Positions 38,239-52,362 of a DNA stretch of 64,000 bases are shown here, one piece after another. Origin of the DNA: Paramecium tetraurelia (taxonomy: Eukaryota); NCBI GenBank assembly GCA_000165425.1, contig CT868274.1, positions 124,001-188,000 on the forward strand. Reading direction: 5' to 3'. The notes under the pieces are model-generated. The model searched no databases and was not told the DNA's origin. It was given only the letters and a program-made list of their open reading frames with translations. Numbering within the stretch: position 1 is the first letter of the stretch; every line of letters begins with the position of its first letter. The position numbers and the translations under genes were made by a program.

Positions 38239-41200
38239 TCACAACAAAATGCTGATTTTAACTTATCTTCTTGATAGTTATTTGTCAATATCTTCAAATT
38301 CTTGATCAGTAAATCCCAGTTCCCCAGTTCTCTGTGATCTCATCATACTCCTCTCCATAGATTGCCTTTCACAGTTCCTTACAAGTGCTTATCTAAAATA
38401 TTAAGATTTTTTACCTCAAATTCAAAATGATATGTCCCTAACTCATTGTAAGTAATAGTCTTTGCAAATCTTATTTGTCAAATCTGCAATTTATTAAAGT
38501 TAATTTAAACTCTTTTAATTTAGATAAACTATATCCTTGTGTATTTAATTAAATATTTTCAAAATTCAAGGATAATTGAGTTAAACTTTTACTCTGAATA
38601 TTTTTTTATAAACTAAAGGTTTAATCAGCACTATCTGATTATAGTGCTATTTCTAGAGTTTGAACATTAGTAAACAAATTAAAAAAAGATTAGCAATTTT
38701 ATAAATCTAAATTTCCTCCAACTTCAAGATAAAATTATGAAAAATCATATCTATCTAATTTAAGAAACTATTTATCAATAATTATCGTTTCAGCATTTTG
38801 TATTCTATTTTATCTTATCATTTCTCTAATTTAATAGTAGGAATAACAAAAGGCAGTTAAAGATTTTTTTCTTTCCACCTCAAGGTTAAGATAAATGGCC
38901 CTTCTTGTTTCAACACGTATTTCCAATTGTTTTAGGCTATTTTTTGGACAATATAACAGGATAATATTTATAAGCCATAAATTTTCTGGTGCAATTTCAT
39001 CCAATTAAAAATTTAACTTCAATTGTTAGAGTTCACTCACTTATAAACATTAGAATATCGGAATAAGTACTTCACCTAAATATAGAAATTCTTATGCTTT
39101 CTCGATTTCGATACTTGATGCTATATTTACTAGTACTAATTTCAATTGAGCTTATAACTTCTTCTTTCTCAAATTTTCAAAGTAAGAATAATCTAATTTA
39201 GTGAAATCAATTTTATATTTTCTTTTATTTAAAATAAATCTATCTAATTTGGAAATAATTGCATATGATTTTGGATATTCTATGAGAGTTGATTATTAGG
39301 TTGAACTCAAATAAGACATTGATTAAAAAAATTAATCAACAGACACTTTTCTTAATATCAGTGCAGGTACAAAGAAATCTTTAGTTACTACTGCCAATAG
39401 ATCTTTCACTGCAAAAAAACCATCCTTTACACTACTTACAATTGAGAAACCCCAAGCATAATCTTTATTTACGGTTAAAATATAAATAAAGAATTGGGGT
39501 ATTTTATTTAAGGCTTCATCAACACTTGTTCTCCAAATAATAGCTTAATAGGTAGGAGCTCTAGAGATATCCCATAAACTATTTGGATCAAGTTAAGCAT
39601 TGTGATAATTAAAAACAACAATTCCAATACTTCCTTTAAATTTGGCTGCATAACTCTTAAATCTAATATATGCTTTAACATTAATTGCAAGGAGCCTTCT
39701 TTCAGTTTATTGAATAACTTCATTGAAACAAAGAAAAATGATCTTTATTACTAAATCCCAAATTTTTAAAAGATTGAATATGAAAAAGAGAAAAGCAGCT
39801 GAAATCATTTGATATATAGATGAATTCCTATATAGTTTAGCATAAAACATAATAAAAGATATTAATTGTAAAATGGGATTTAAAATCTACAATATAATAA
39901 GTGCCCAAATTAAGCCATCTTTTTCCACTTAAATGAAATAAACGTATTACATTATTTGAAAGGTTAAATTCAATAATGATACAATAGTTTATAAGATACC
40001 TTAGAAAACGTTCATCGTCTTAATTCTCTCATAATAATCATAACAATCAGCTAATCTTCTCAAGCATCCTAATTATTCTCTAAGGAGTTCAAGCTTAGGA
40101 GTATGCAAGATTGTATAATCATTTTCTTGCCTAATTTCTTCTAAACTATCTCTTTTATTACAAGCACTTTATAATCTTTCTCTTTCATCTTATTCCAATC
40201 TCATTAATTCCCTATTTAATGCATCATTCATAATAAACCTTGGACGTAATTGATCTGGAGCCATTAAATAAAAAATAGTTGAAATCCTTCTGTTTCTCTG
40301 TCCTGTAATTTATGACATTATATTTGATTGCCTATTAGTGTTAACTTATACAGCCGTTCTTCTGATTTCTCCTTATGTTTCTTCCTGCTGATCATTATTC
40401 CATATACCCCCCAAATTTATAGCATCTTCGTGAACTATTTCACAGCCTTAAATGTGAGAGAATGTATTATTGAGTTCATCTAATCTTTCACTATTCTTAT
40501 AACACAATATAATTTTATTGGATTCTATACATTCAAATGCGTTTGCCAAATATTATAATGTTATTGGTTAATAAGAATCAATATTTGAAATGGCGATTAA
40601 TTTGAGAAATCTTAATCTCAAAATAAATTTAATTATTTAAATTATACATCTTCTTTTTTCGTATTCACTGAATTTACTTGTGTCAATCAGAAAATAAAAT
40701 GATTACACATTTTCAAGATAGGATTCATCAGCCTTAAGAAGTTATTTTGTTTCTTGAATTTTCTGAATTCCAATTTTGTGCAATCTCTCTTAAATATCCA
40801 CTGTTATTTGACGATAAGTAGTAGTAAATACAATAAATTAAAGTTCAGTAAGGTAGTAAAGGATATTAACTACCAAAAGAAAATAGTTAAAGTTATTATA
40901 ATCGTTCCCTCTTCCAACCTTAGCATTGTAAAATCCTTATATAAAAGCATGGGAATTGATTATGTTAGGAAAGTAATCATCATCGAAATTAAAGCTATAC
41001 GATGGAATATTAAGTCTCTGAAAATATTTATTGGTTTGTTTCTTTTCTTAAACAACCCAGAGGGATTTCCTTATCTGTCTTCACTAGTCATTATAAGATA
41101 CTTGTTGATTTAACTGAATGAAAACTACTGAATAGACTTATCTCTAGAGTAAAACACAAAAAAGGGCAACAGTTTGATGTAGCTTAATCCTCCAATAATA

Positions 41201-41817
41201 GCATAATAAACATAATTCAATAGATCCCAGCAAAGGTGATGTCTTTACACATTCATGTATTTATATGTATAAATCCAAACATATACGTGGAGTAATACGG
41301 TTAGAGCTATTGAAAAATAATATAATCCTTCATAAACTGGTTCATCTGAAATGTTATTTTATTTCCCATATAATAAAGTGAATATTAACTCCAATATTGT
41401 AGATATATAAATAAGTATCTAAAATAATATTTTAGTATAATATTTATAAATGGTGGAGGATCTTTTAACTTCATTAAATCTTTTATTTATAAGGTTAATT
41501 AATTCTTGTTGTGACATGCGCGTATGGACTTCATTATCAATATTCAATCTATCATCCGTTACTGCACCTTCATGAATATTGTTATTTTAAGTATTCAACC
41601 CCTCCAATTCAGGTTCCTGTTAATTAGCTTATTATGGTGCTTGAGTAAATTGAATTACTGATTGAGTGGTCTCCTGTTGCTCTATTTTCGGAAGAAGAAC
41701 TTATGAGGCTCCTTGAGTTCTATTTTCATTTTAATTCGAACGTAATTCCACCAACTCTGCGTTGTCTGTTGAAAATCTTTATCCTTGGTTATTTGTCACA
41801 ACCTATTCAGGTTACAT
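38239..41817 (-). CDS. Large multi-pass membrane protein with XK-like motif and degenerate LRR-like C-terminus
   Basis: Long mostly intronless frame with several hydrophobic blocks and the motif SVDEALNKIPQFFIYIL. The frame runs through 39319 without a stop, so the two halves look like one gene. Confidence 0.6.
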
Positions 41818-42732
41818 TTTAGGATTTTAGGGAAAAAAAATAAAAAAAATAATGATTTGAAATGAATATCTAGTTCAATAAATAGTCCTAAAGTGATAAA
41901 TCTTTGTTTATTATAATAAGTCACTAAATCTCAGTATTAATCAACTTAATTTAAGTTATAGAATGCTCTTTCTAGTTGGAGGTATTTTTAATTATTTAAC
42001 ATTTTTTATTCTAAATTATCCAGTGTAAATGTTTGGCTGCCAAGAATATTTTGTCATGGCATTATGATATCATTTTCTTAGTGTAATTCTAGACTAACAA
42101 ACTTTAAATAATAAATAATATAATTATTGGTTGATCCTTAACGGTTAATACGTATAATAAAATAGGTCGAATTAGTTTAGATTTTAAGATGAAGAGGAAT
42201 TATTTATTTTTATACATCCCATTTTCCAATACAAGCTTTCAAGACTTTGTAGATTATTTTTTTTAAATAAATTTTATTGCTAAATAATTTATATATATAT
42301 TCATTTTTATCTATAATAATATAAATTAAATAAATTAACGAATTTTTTTCATTTTCATTTTAACTCTACAATTATTGTCATAAAAGTATATATTCATTAT
42401 AGATTAAGGATAATAATTTCTTTCTTAGAGAATTCTTGAAAGGCATGAAGAATATATGAACATTGATGATTAGGCATAAAACAAAAAATATGATTGTTTA
42501 CAATCACATTTGAAGAATGCGATATCTCTGTATTATTAAATATTTATATTAACAAGCAACAAAGTATTCTTTAGATTATTATTGATTAAAATTTTTGAAA
42601 AATAAATTAAATTAAAAATTATGTTCTCCTAAATAATGTTTTTAGGTGATTACAGCTTAGCAATTAATGCAGTATTTGAAGGATCAATTAAATTACATAA
42701 GTATTAAATTGAAAAATATAAATTCAAAAGGC

Positions 42733-43695
42733 TCAATTAAGCTTTATTAATTTCCTTCCTTTTAACATTACAATACATTCAATATTGCATAGTTGTTAAG
42801 AAAACTAAGAAATTTTATAATTTTAATTAAATTTTTTTTTCTAATTAGTATCATCAAGGCAATAATGTTAATTCTCATACAGTTTGTCTTAAAGTTCCTT
42901 AATTATTTTATTCATAACGTAGTATTCCTTTTCATCATTACTCATTTTGCCCAATTTGATTTTATTTTATTCCTACTTGATCATATTATAATATCTGTTT
43001 TTAATTGTATTTTCAGTTCTTCTTAATTAAAATATTTATAATGAAATTTCTGCCCATCTCTTTCCCTTTTTCTTTACTTCTAAAAATAACATTAACTCTT
43101 CTTCTTTAGTCCAAGGGTCCCTAATTCATACTCAAATGATTTACTTTTTAATATTAGGGTCTAATTTATTAACCCATCTATCCCGACATTATTTTCCTTA
43201 TCTGGCATATGGTGTTTGGCATTTCTTCATCAATTCAATGGCTATATCACACCATTTATTTGGATGTTAATTATATAGTTAGACAAGGGCTTAGTCTTCC
43301 TCAAAAGTCCAACTTGCTTTGGCTTACTTTTCTTAAAGCCATCTATTTCTACAGGCCTTCCAATTATGATGAATCACCAATCTAGATATTCTTTCCCAAT
43401 CTTATATTATCTATAATATATGAATATATTATACTAAATCATGAGGAAGTACACGGTTCGATAAACACATTCCAAACACTATGATATTTAATAATTTGTC
43501 TTAGCAAGGGGTCCATGCTCCTTTTTTGCTAAAATTACTTTTTTCAAAAGTGTTAAAAAGAGTATTTAATTCTTCGGATGCTGGAATATATTGTAACGAA
43601 AAACAGTTGGTTGAGATGAGCCTTATTTTAAATTGATTGTCTATATTTGCAAATAAGTTTTAAATTGCTTGACGATCTAAAGAAATTTTTTTCAT
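42733..43695 (-). CDS. Three-repeat Myb transcription factor
   Basis: KGAWTPCQDKLL, ASWTFEEDQALV...KWCDIA...GKQCRDRWVNKLDPNIK.DPWTKEEEL...RWAEIS...RTENTIKNRYY. Two introns. Confidence 0.9.
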
Positions 43696-45009
43696 TACAA
43701 TGTAATTCAAATATAATTAAGATATAAATAAATTTTTATCAAATAACGAAATAATTATTGAAATTATATATGGTGTTTATTTAATATATACATATAAATT
43801 AATTATTACAAAGTATTTATTCGTATTTTTTTATTTTTAAAGAAGTCGCTTTGCTTATTGTCATGATAAAACTGTCCTATTTTCTTTGAATTGTCATTTA
43901 AGGATATATGAGCGTAATTGAGAATTAAAGAAATAACTTAATATTTTGATTTCTTAATAATGATGATAAAATATTATGGATGGGAAATAACTACTAATAA
44001 TAATTATTGAAAATTCAAGTTCAAATGAATCCAAATTGTTCTTTTTTTTGAAAAGAAACAAAATAAAATTAATTATATATTTGATTACTTTGTATGATTG
44101 ACTATTTAATTTTACCTTTAATCTAATTCACAAAAACTGATGATTTTTAGAAAACCAGTACTTAGTATAAAAGTATGAAAAATATAACAATTATATTAAT
44201 CTCAAAAGTTAGTAATTTTTTTTTATAAATTAATTAATTAAATTCTGATGCCAAAAATAATACTTTATTTGATAACTTCCTAAAAAAGTAAATAAAAACC
44301 TAAATAGCATTTTAAGGAATACGATTGTATTTTCCTGGTTTATTTCTTGCTGATCAAACTGATATTTAAATAATACACAATAGTTAGAATCGCATTAATT
44401 CTTAAATAATCACAGACTATTGACATAAAATAAGTATCAATAAGTTTCATGTTGATTAAATTTTAAGTTAGAAATTATATATATATAAGTTTGGAAAAGC
44501 AATTCTTTTTTTATTTATGTATGTAATAAGTAATTATAAACAATATTAATTTATAAAGGATTTTGCTATAAACTTAATTTTTGAAAACAATGTTATTTTA
44601 TTTCAATAATGAAATGATTATTCTTGTTTCCTTGACTTATAATACTTTTAATTTACTAAATAATTTTTGATTCACATATATTGAATTGAATATATTAATA
44701 GTCTTGAAAGAAGGAATAATAAAGAGGAAATAGATATTTGTTATCATTTATATATGTGATAAATAATAAGAATAAAAATTAAGTTCATTAAAGAATAATT
44801 CGATATCATAAACTTAAAGTTCCTTATTAATTTAAAGGATTTTATAAGTAATTAAAAATAAGTGTTCTTATTAATTTCTGCTTCACCAATTAAAAAAAAT
44901 GAAAGAAATGGAAGGGATGATATGGGTGTACTCATTGAATCTTAGTTATGATAATGTCTAGTTAAAGTAAGTTTTTGAGCATTATTTTTTATATAATTTA
45001 CTAATTTGA

Positions 45010-46050
45010 ATGTTATATTCTAAACATTGTTAGTCAGATTTTGATGGTTACGAGAAAGTATAAGAACTTGGGAACGGAGCTTATGGGAAAGTTTATTTAG
45101 TTAGAAAAGATGGGGAACTGTTTGCTTTAAAAACTGTATGTATAATGGTAACATAGAGGTGCCTAAAGGAATATTTAATGATTTAAGCGAATAGTAGTTA
45201 TAGAAAGAAATTTAGATACACAAAAAACTAGTTCATACAAACATTATTAAGTTGCATTCTTATTATCAGGACAGACAACATGTTCATATGTTGATGGAGT
45301 ATGCAGATGGAGGTTCTTTGTATCAAAAACATTTAACATTGGATGAGGTTCAAGAGTACTTCACCTAAATTTGCAATGGGATTTACTATTTGCATTCAAA
45401 TAACATCATTCATAGGGATCTGAAGGTAATACATTGGATTAACATGTAAGCCTGAGAATATATTACTAAAAAACAATGTGATCAAGCTATGTGATTTCGG
45501 ATGGTCAGCTGAGGTGGGATATAATAAATAGAGAGATACCCTATGTGGGACTATTGATTACATGGCTCCTGAAGTCTCCTAAGGGAAATATTCATTCAAA
45601 GTAGATACTTGGTCATTGGGGATAATTCTGTACGAGATGATTCATCATTCTGTTCCTGCTAATCCAAGGAAATACAACTGTCCAGAGTTGGTTCAAGATT
45701 TGATTGAGAAATTGTTAGTTCCTTAGGATGAGAGACTTAACATTACTGAGGTTCTGAAGCATCCTTATGTGAAACAAGGGTAAGAGGAAAGACAATCAGT
45801 TTTGAGTGAGCATTCGTTAAATTTTAGCAAGTATCAGGTGGAAGGGTTGGAATTGTTTAATGAATTAGATGTATATTTGGAGTAATAAGATAGAGCAATA
45901 ATCAGAATGACTGACATCTTCAAACCTAGATAATCTAGGAAGGTGGCTGAATAATAAGTAACACAACAAACGCCGAAAAAGAGTTTTTTCAATACAATAC
46001 TGGACACATTGGGATGTATGAATAGAAGTAAGAAATAATCATCTGGTTGA
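45010..46050 (+). CDS. Aurora-like Ser/Thr protein kinase
   Basis: LGNGAYGKVYL, FALK, IIHRDLKPENILL, KLCDFGWS and TLCGTIDYMAPE. Two introns. Confidence 0.9.
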
Positions 46051-46072
46051 AGAATAAAATTAAATTATATCA

Positions 46073-47546
46073 ATGATAAATAATTCATTTCGTAAAACGC
46101 TTGTTGGATATCTACATCCATTCAGTTGGCTCTCCTTCTATTATAATGTATCCACTTCACCTCAATCTGAATCTATTTCTCCTAGAGCAAGGATCATGCG
46201 TCCATCAAAATAAAAGTTTAATATTTCTTTTAAAGAATTTGCAAAGCATTGTCAACGTCTCAAAGAAGATGAACAATCAGAAATCACAAAGCATATTAAT
46301 TTGATTCCACCAGCTACTTCTAATGAGATTTAAGAGTTTATCAACTCAAATAAGATAGAAGGAAACATTAGCAATATTGCAAAAGACTTTGAATTTCTTC
46401 CTGCAGAATACTAATAAATTCTAATCTCCAAAAAAATAACTACACCTACTCCTATTCAAAAGGCTATTTTCCCTCTAATACTTGAGGGAAGAGATGTGAT
46501 TGCCATTGCTGAAACTGGATCTGGAAAAACTTTAGCCTATGCTCTACCAGGAATAATACATTCTCAAGCACAGCCAAAAGTACTTGGCCCAAGAATTTTG
46601 GTTCTTGCTCCCACTAGAGAATTGGCATAATAGATTTAATCTCAATATGAACTTTTCACCAGAACTTGTTGTGTGTATGGAGGGGTTTTCAAGAATTTAC
46701 AATATAGTGAAATATTGGGCATTAAAGAATCCAGAAATAAAATTAATCTACCCTCAGTAATTATAAGCACTCCAGGCAGATTATTAGATTTTATGAAAGA
46801 TGGTTTGCCTTTGAATTCAATTACATAAGTAGTGTTAGATGAAGCTGATAGAATGTTAGATATGGGATTTGAGGATTAAATTACATAAATTCTATCGGCA
46901 GTTAGAGATGACAGATAAACTTTGTTTTTCAGCGCAACTTGGCCAAATGAAGTCTAAAGATTGGCTAATTCGCTGTGTAATTAAGATCCTATTATGATAC
47001 AACTTGGAGAGTAAGGATTGTCAGTCAATAAAAATATCTAGTAAGAAGTCATTATTGTTTATGAAAATAAATTTGAAAAATTCGCAGAGTTAACAGATAG
47101 ATTAAAGGGATAAAAGTTGCTTATTTTTTGTTAGAAGAAGTTAGACACTTAAAAATTGGAGTATCGGTTATCCATACATGGATTAAAAGCGAGATATTTG
47201 CACGGTGATTTAAAATAAGCTGAAAGAGACTAGATTATGGTAGAATTTAAGTCTGGAGCAATTAATTGTTTGATTACTACTAATTTGGCATCCAGAGGCT
47301 TGGATGTTTCTGATGTTGATGTTGTTGTAAGTATTCTTTTGTATTTAGATTAATTATGATTTCCCAGACACTATTGAAGACTATATTCACAGAATTGGTA
47401 GAACCGGTCGAGCTGGCAAAAAAGGGTAGGCCATAAGCCTTTTAGAACCAGCCTTTTTTAACAATAGACTTAAAAACGATTTGGTTTAAGTTCTTCAATA
47501 ATCTGACTAAGTTATACCTTAAGAATTATCTAGCTTAAGGTTATGA
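46073..47546 (+). CDS. DEAD-box RNA helicase (DBP2/DDX5-related)
   Basis: [52 protein letters not shown] and [12 protein letters not shown]. Confidence 0.93.
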
Positions 47547-47846
47547 TTTATGATTTTTTATATGACTTATTGTTTTAATTAGTTATTTACTAAACTCTAA
47601 TTATACAAAATTATAATCATATGATAGAATTAAAATATACTGAATATATTAATCCAATTTTTATTGATTAGTTAAATAATTATGTTTTAATATTGAAACA
47701 ATAGAATTAAATTCAATTTTTTAGAAATTGGATTAAGGAATAAACTAGAAAATCAATCTGTGAACTAGTAAAAATAAAGATAATATATTTGAGTATTTAA
47801 AATTATAACAAATACTATATTATAATATCTTCTATTAATTTTATAG

Positions 47847-49926
47847 TCAAACCTAAGTTTTATATAGCTGTTCTATTTGTTTAGAAAATACTTGTTTAGC
47901 AATATGCCTTTGTAACTTGAAGGTTGATGTCAAACATCCAAAATTTTGTAATGGTTAAGGTTCTAAATATATTAATTTTGCCTAGTAAATTAAATAATTA
48001 AGTTATACTATTTCTAAGGAATTAAGCTTATTGGCTCTTCCATAGTCATTGATATTTTTTTAAAATAAACCTATGATTTCTGGATTCTTGCATAATTGCT
48101 CAAAATCACCTTGAATTTATTTTTCAGTTGCCTATTTTTCAACATAATCTTTCTAGGGAACTATTATGGCTACAATTTGACTTTGGAGAGAATCTCCATA
48201 TATGAATGACTCTGCTACACCTTGTACTCTATTATAAATAGCTTCAATCTTCTCTGGAGCAATGTACTCACCTTATTAAAGTTTAAAGATGTTTTTCTTT
48301 CTATCTATAATTTTGACTCCCCCGTTTTCAGTAATAAGACCAATATCTCCTGTGTGCAACCATCCAGCATCATCAATAGCTTCAGCTGTTTTTTCAGGGT
48401 CCTTGTAATATCCTTAGAAAACTCCATGTCCTCTTAAACAAATTTCACCTCTTGGTGTTTTTATACCATTAATAACATCTTGTGATGTGTAATTCATGTC
48501 TGGTACATCAACTAATTTAAACTCTGTATTGGCAGCAGGTCCACCAAGATGAGCAGACTTTGGATCCCATGTACCTGTTGAGAAAGATAATCCTGTTGAT
48601 TCTGTTTAACCATAGCCCTCAAGAATTGGACAACAAGCAGAAATTTTGAGAAAATCAATAACTTCTTATTGAATTGGAGCAGAACCAGTAATCATTAGTC
48701 TACATCTGCCTCCGAATAAATCTCTGACGCCTTGGAAGGCTTTGTCATATAAACCACTTGTATATTTGGCCTCTGATCTTAGATTTTCTAATTTCACTCG
48801 TATGGCTCTTTCTGCAAAGGTTTTTTTAAGGCCTGTAACTTCATTTATTTTTGCTTTAATGCCATCATAGAACTTGTTATATAATCTAGGGACTGAAGCA
48901 AAGACTGTGGGTCTAAGTTTTGATATGTCTTCCTTCAATAAATTTGGATCACCTCGATAGAATCTAGATGTCATTGATAACAATACCCTATAGTAGCACC
49001 AGTGTATAGCATAGTAAGTATAATCAATCTCTCCATTACATGAGGTAATGGCAAATAGGATATATGGACATCTGTTGAATTGATTCCAGCATCAGTTACT
49101 TAGGTGCTAGCAATGGCAGAAATGAAATTGCTGTGAGAGAGTATTGCCCCTTTAGGATTTCCTGTAGTTCCAGATGTATAACAGAAGGTGTAGACTGAAG
49201 AGGGTGAAACTTAGACAGGTTGCACGATTTATTTCCTACCGTTTTCTACTATTTCCTCGTATTTAAATAATTGATATCCTTTGGCTTTTAATTCTGCAAT
49301 TTGCTATTCTGAAATGGAATCAAGCAAAACCAAGTTTTTTAATTTATGCTTTTCCTTGCATTAAATTAAAGATTTGGTTGCATCGCCACTAATAAACATG
49401 GTTTCAATGTTGGTCTAATCGAGAATGAAGGGAATCGACTCAGGACCAAGAGTATCATAAAAAGGGACCATTGTGCAACCGTACAGGATATTTGCCCAAT
49501 CTAAGATCATCCACTCTCTTCTATTTTTTGCAAATACTCCTATCAATTTTAATTTGAAGTGTTGATATTCTTGGACTTCCTTCACCAAATTCAAATTGGA
49601 AATACTAAATTCAATATAATATATTACCCACTTCCTAAATGGATTGCTTCTTCATTTACTTAATTGTATGACATGAACTTGAAATTATCTCCTTCATATT
49701 TGCCCATGCATGGCTGATTTCCAAATTTTGCCACGCTATTGTTTAGCATTTCCTATAAAGTTGTGATTCCTTGGTGTGGAATCATGAGTAACTGATTTAA
49801 ATATTTTACATTTCTCCTGACTGTGGTTTAGCCTTAATTATTCACTAAAGAACCTGGTTCATTTTCTGTTACCTTCTCTTGTGAATATCTCATAAATTGA
49901 TAGGTATTAGATACACCACAACCCAT
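47847..49926 (-). CDS. Long-chain acyl-CoA synthetase (ACSL-type) with MGCG N-terminus
   Basis: [60 protein letters not shown] and [20 protein letters not shown]. Confidence 0.94.
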
Positions 49927-50089
49927 TATAATAAGATATATAATTATGTTTAAATCAACCACTTGAAAATCGATTATTATATTATAATATTACATCATTA
50001 ATTAAACTGATAATAAATCTTGTAATGAATTATGAAAATTAATGTTTTTAATAAAATTTGCATAATTTAAAACATACAATGAACATAAA

Positions 50090-52302
50090 TCAATCAACTT
50101 CTTCCATCTTTGATTTGGTGGCTTCGGTGTTGGCATCTTCCTTTTTCTAAGAAAAATATAAATGATTAATAATACCTCTAATTATGGAAGTTTTTCATCT
50201 TCTTCTTCAATACCAGCATCATCAATTGATAAACCGAGTTTAATCATCTTGTGGATTCTATTGGCAAAGTGAGTTGGGTCATCAAGACTGAATCCTGAAG
50301 TGAGAAGAGCAGTTTCATAGAGTAACCAGATGAGATCTTTGACTGTCTTGTCACTCTTGTCCTTATCTGATTTCTTCTTTAATTCAGTAAGGATTGGATG
50401 ATTGGCATTGATTTCTAAGGTCTTCTTTGACATCATATAGCTGCTCATTGATGGATCTCTCAAAGCTTAAGCTTTCATGATTCTTTCCATATTGGCAGAC
50501 CATCCATATTCACCAGTGACCAATACACATGGTGATTAGTCGAGTCTTTATCCTAATTAGACCTTTTCAACCTTGTCTCCCAAGATTTCCTTGACCAATT
50601 TGCATAATCCTTCAAATGCAGACTTTTATTCTTCAAATTTCTTCTTCTCATCTTCAGTTTAATCTAAGTCTAAGCCTTCCTTTGTGCAATTCTTTAATTT
50701 CTTTCCATCGAACATCTTCCTTCAATTATTAGATTAACATATTCATCAATTGGGTCAATCATATAGAGGACTTCATAATCTTTCTTCTTCAAGGCTTCAA
50801 CAAATGGTGATGCAGCAACTGAGGCTTTGGATTCTCCTGTAATGAAGAAGATATCCTTTTATCCTTCCTTCATTTTTCCAATATAGTCCTTGAGTGAGAT
50901 TTATTCTTCACCACTCTTTGATGTGTGGAATCTGAGGAATTCACTCAATTTGGTTCTGTTGGCTGAATCTTCATGGATACCTAATTTGAGATTCTTTGAG
51001 AATTGTTCATAGAATTTCTTGTAATCTTCAGCATTTTCACTGATTTCTGTGATCATTTCGATGCATTTCTTGGTGATGTTCTTCTTGATGACTTTCAAGA
51101 TCTTGTTGTGTTACAAGAATTCTCTTGAAATATTCAAGGGTAAATCTTCAGAATCAACAACTCCCTTAACGAATCCCAAATATTCTGGGATCAATTCTTC
51201 ACAATCATCCATAATGAAAACTCTTCTGACATACAATTTGATGTTGTTCTTCTTCTTCTTTGTTTCGAACAAATCGAATGGTGCTCTCTTTGGAATGAAG
51301 AGGACAGCCTTGAATTCCAAACCTCCTTCAACTGAGAATTATTTGACTGTCAAATGTTCTTCCCAATCGTTGGTCAATTATTTGTAGAAATTAGCATATT
51401 CTTCCTTGGTGATTTCTTCTGGTTTCTTCATCCATAATGGCTTATTCTTGTTAACTTATTCGAATTCGGTACTGACTTCCTTGATCTTCTTCTTCTTCTT
51501 TTCAGCCTTATCCTTCTCTTCTTAGACTTCACCTTCTTCAGCCTTCTTTTCCTTATTTTCATCTTCATCATCACTGACTTCCTTCTCTGTTGTCTTTTCA
51601 ATTTATAATTCAATTGGGAATCCAATGAATTCTGAGTGTTTCTTAACCAAATCCTTAATTCTCTTTTCTTCCAAGAATTCTAAGTTATCTTACTTCATGT
51701 GTAAGATGATTATTGAACCTCTTGTCAATTAGACTGGATTTTCAGCATCATCATAGACAAAGAATGTTCCACCAGCCTATGATTCCCATCTGTATTATTA
51801 TTCACCAACAGCTTTGGAGATCACTACCACCTTATCAGCAACCAAGTAAGCAGAGTAGAAACCAACACAAAATTGTCCAATCATTGNNNNNNNNNNNNNN
51901 NNNNNNNNNNNNNNNNNNNNNNNNNNNNNNNNNNNNNNNNNNNNNNNNNNNNNNNNNNNNNNNNNNNNNNNNNNNNNNNNNNNNNNNNNNNNNNNNNNNN
52001 NNNNNNNNNNNNNNNNNNNNNNNNNNNNNNNNNNNNCCAATACCTGTATCCGGGTGGTCAAAGTATTGTTATTTTATCTGGAACAATCTTGATCTGAAAA
52101 TTTGTTCAATGTTCAAACCAGCGCTGTCTGGGTCTGTAATAGACTTATATCTAATCTTATCTAAAGCATCTGAGGCATTGGAAATCAATTCTCTCAAGAA
52201 AATTTCTTTGTTTGAATAGAATGTGTTGATAATCAAACCCATCAATTGTTGGATATCGGCATTGAAGTGGAATTACTCTTCTTTCTTTTACTCTGTTGAC
52301 AT
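50090..52302 (-). CDS. HSP90: Cytosolic HSP90 (interrupted by assembly gap and local indels)
   Basis: [71 protein letters not shown] and the C-terminal MEEVD*. Confidence 0.97.
51887..52036. other. Assembly gap (150 N)
   Basis: Run of n inside the HSP90 N-terminal domain, with error-prone flanks. Confidence 0.99.
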
Positions 52303-52362
52303 TACTAATTTTTAAACTTAATAATATGCATCAATAGAACTCGATTTTATACACAAATTCCA

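Noticed and set aside
38239..39319. Separate gene starting at ATG 39319
   Set aside because: The upstream frame reads into this ATG without a stop, so it is merged into the 38239-41817 gene.
44136..44250. TGATGA...CTGA pair resembling a box C/D snoRNA
   Set aside because: The interior is low-complexity A/T with no terminal stem or plausible guide sequence.
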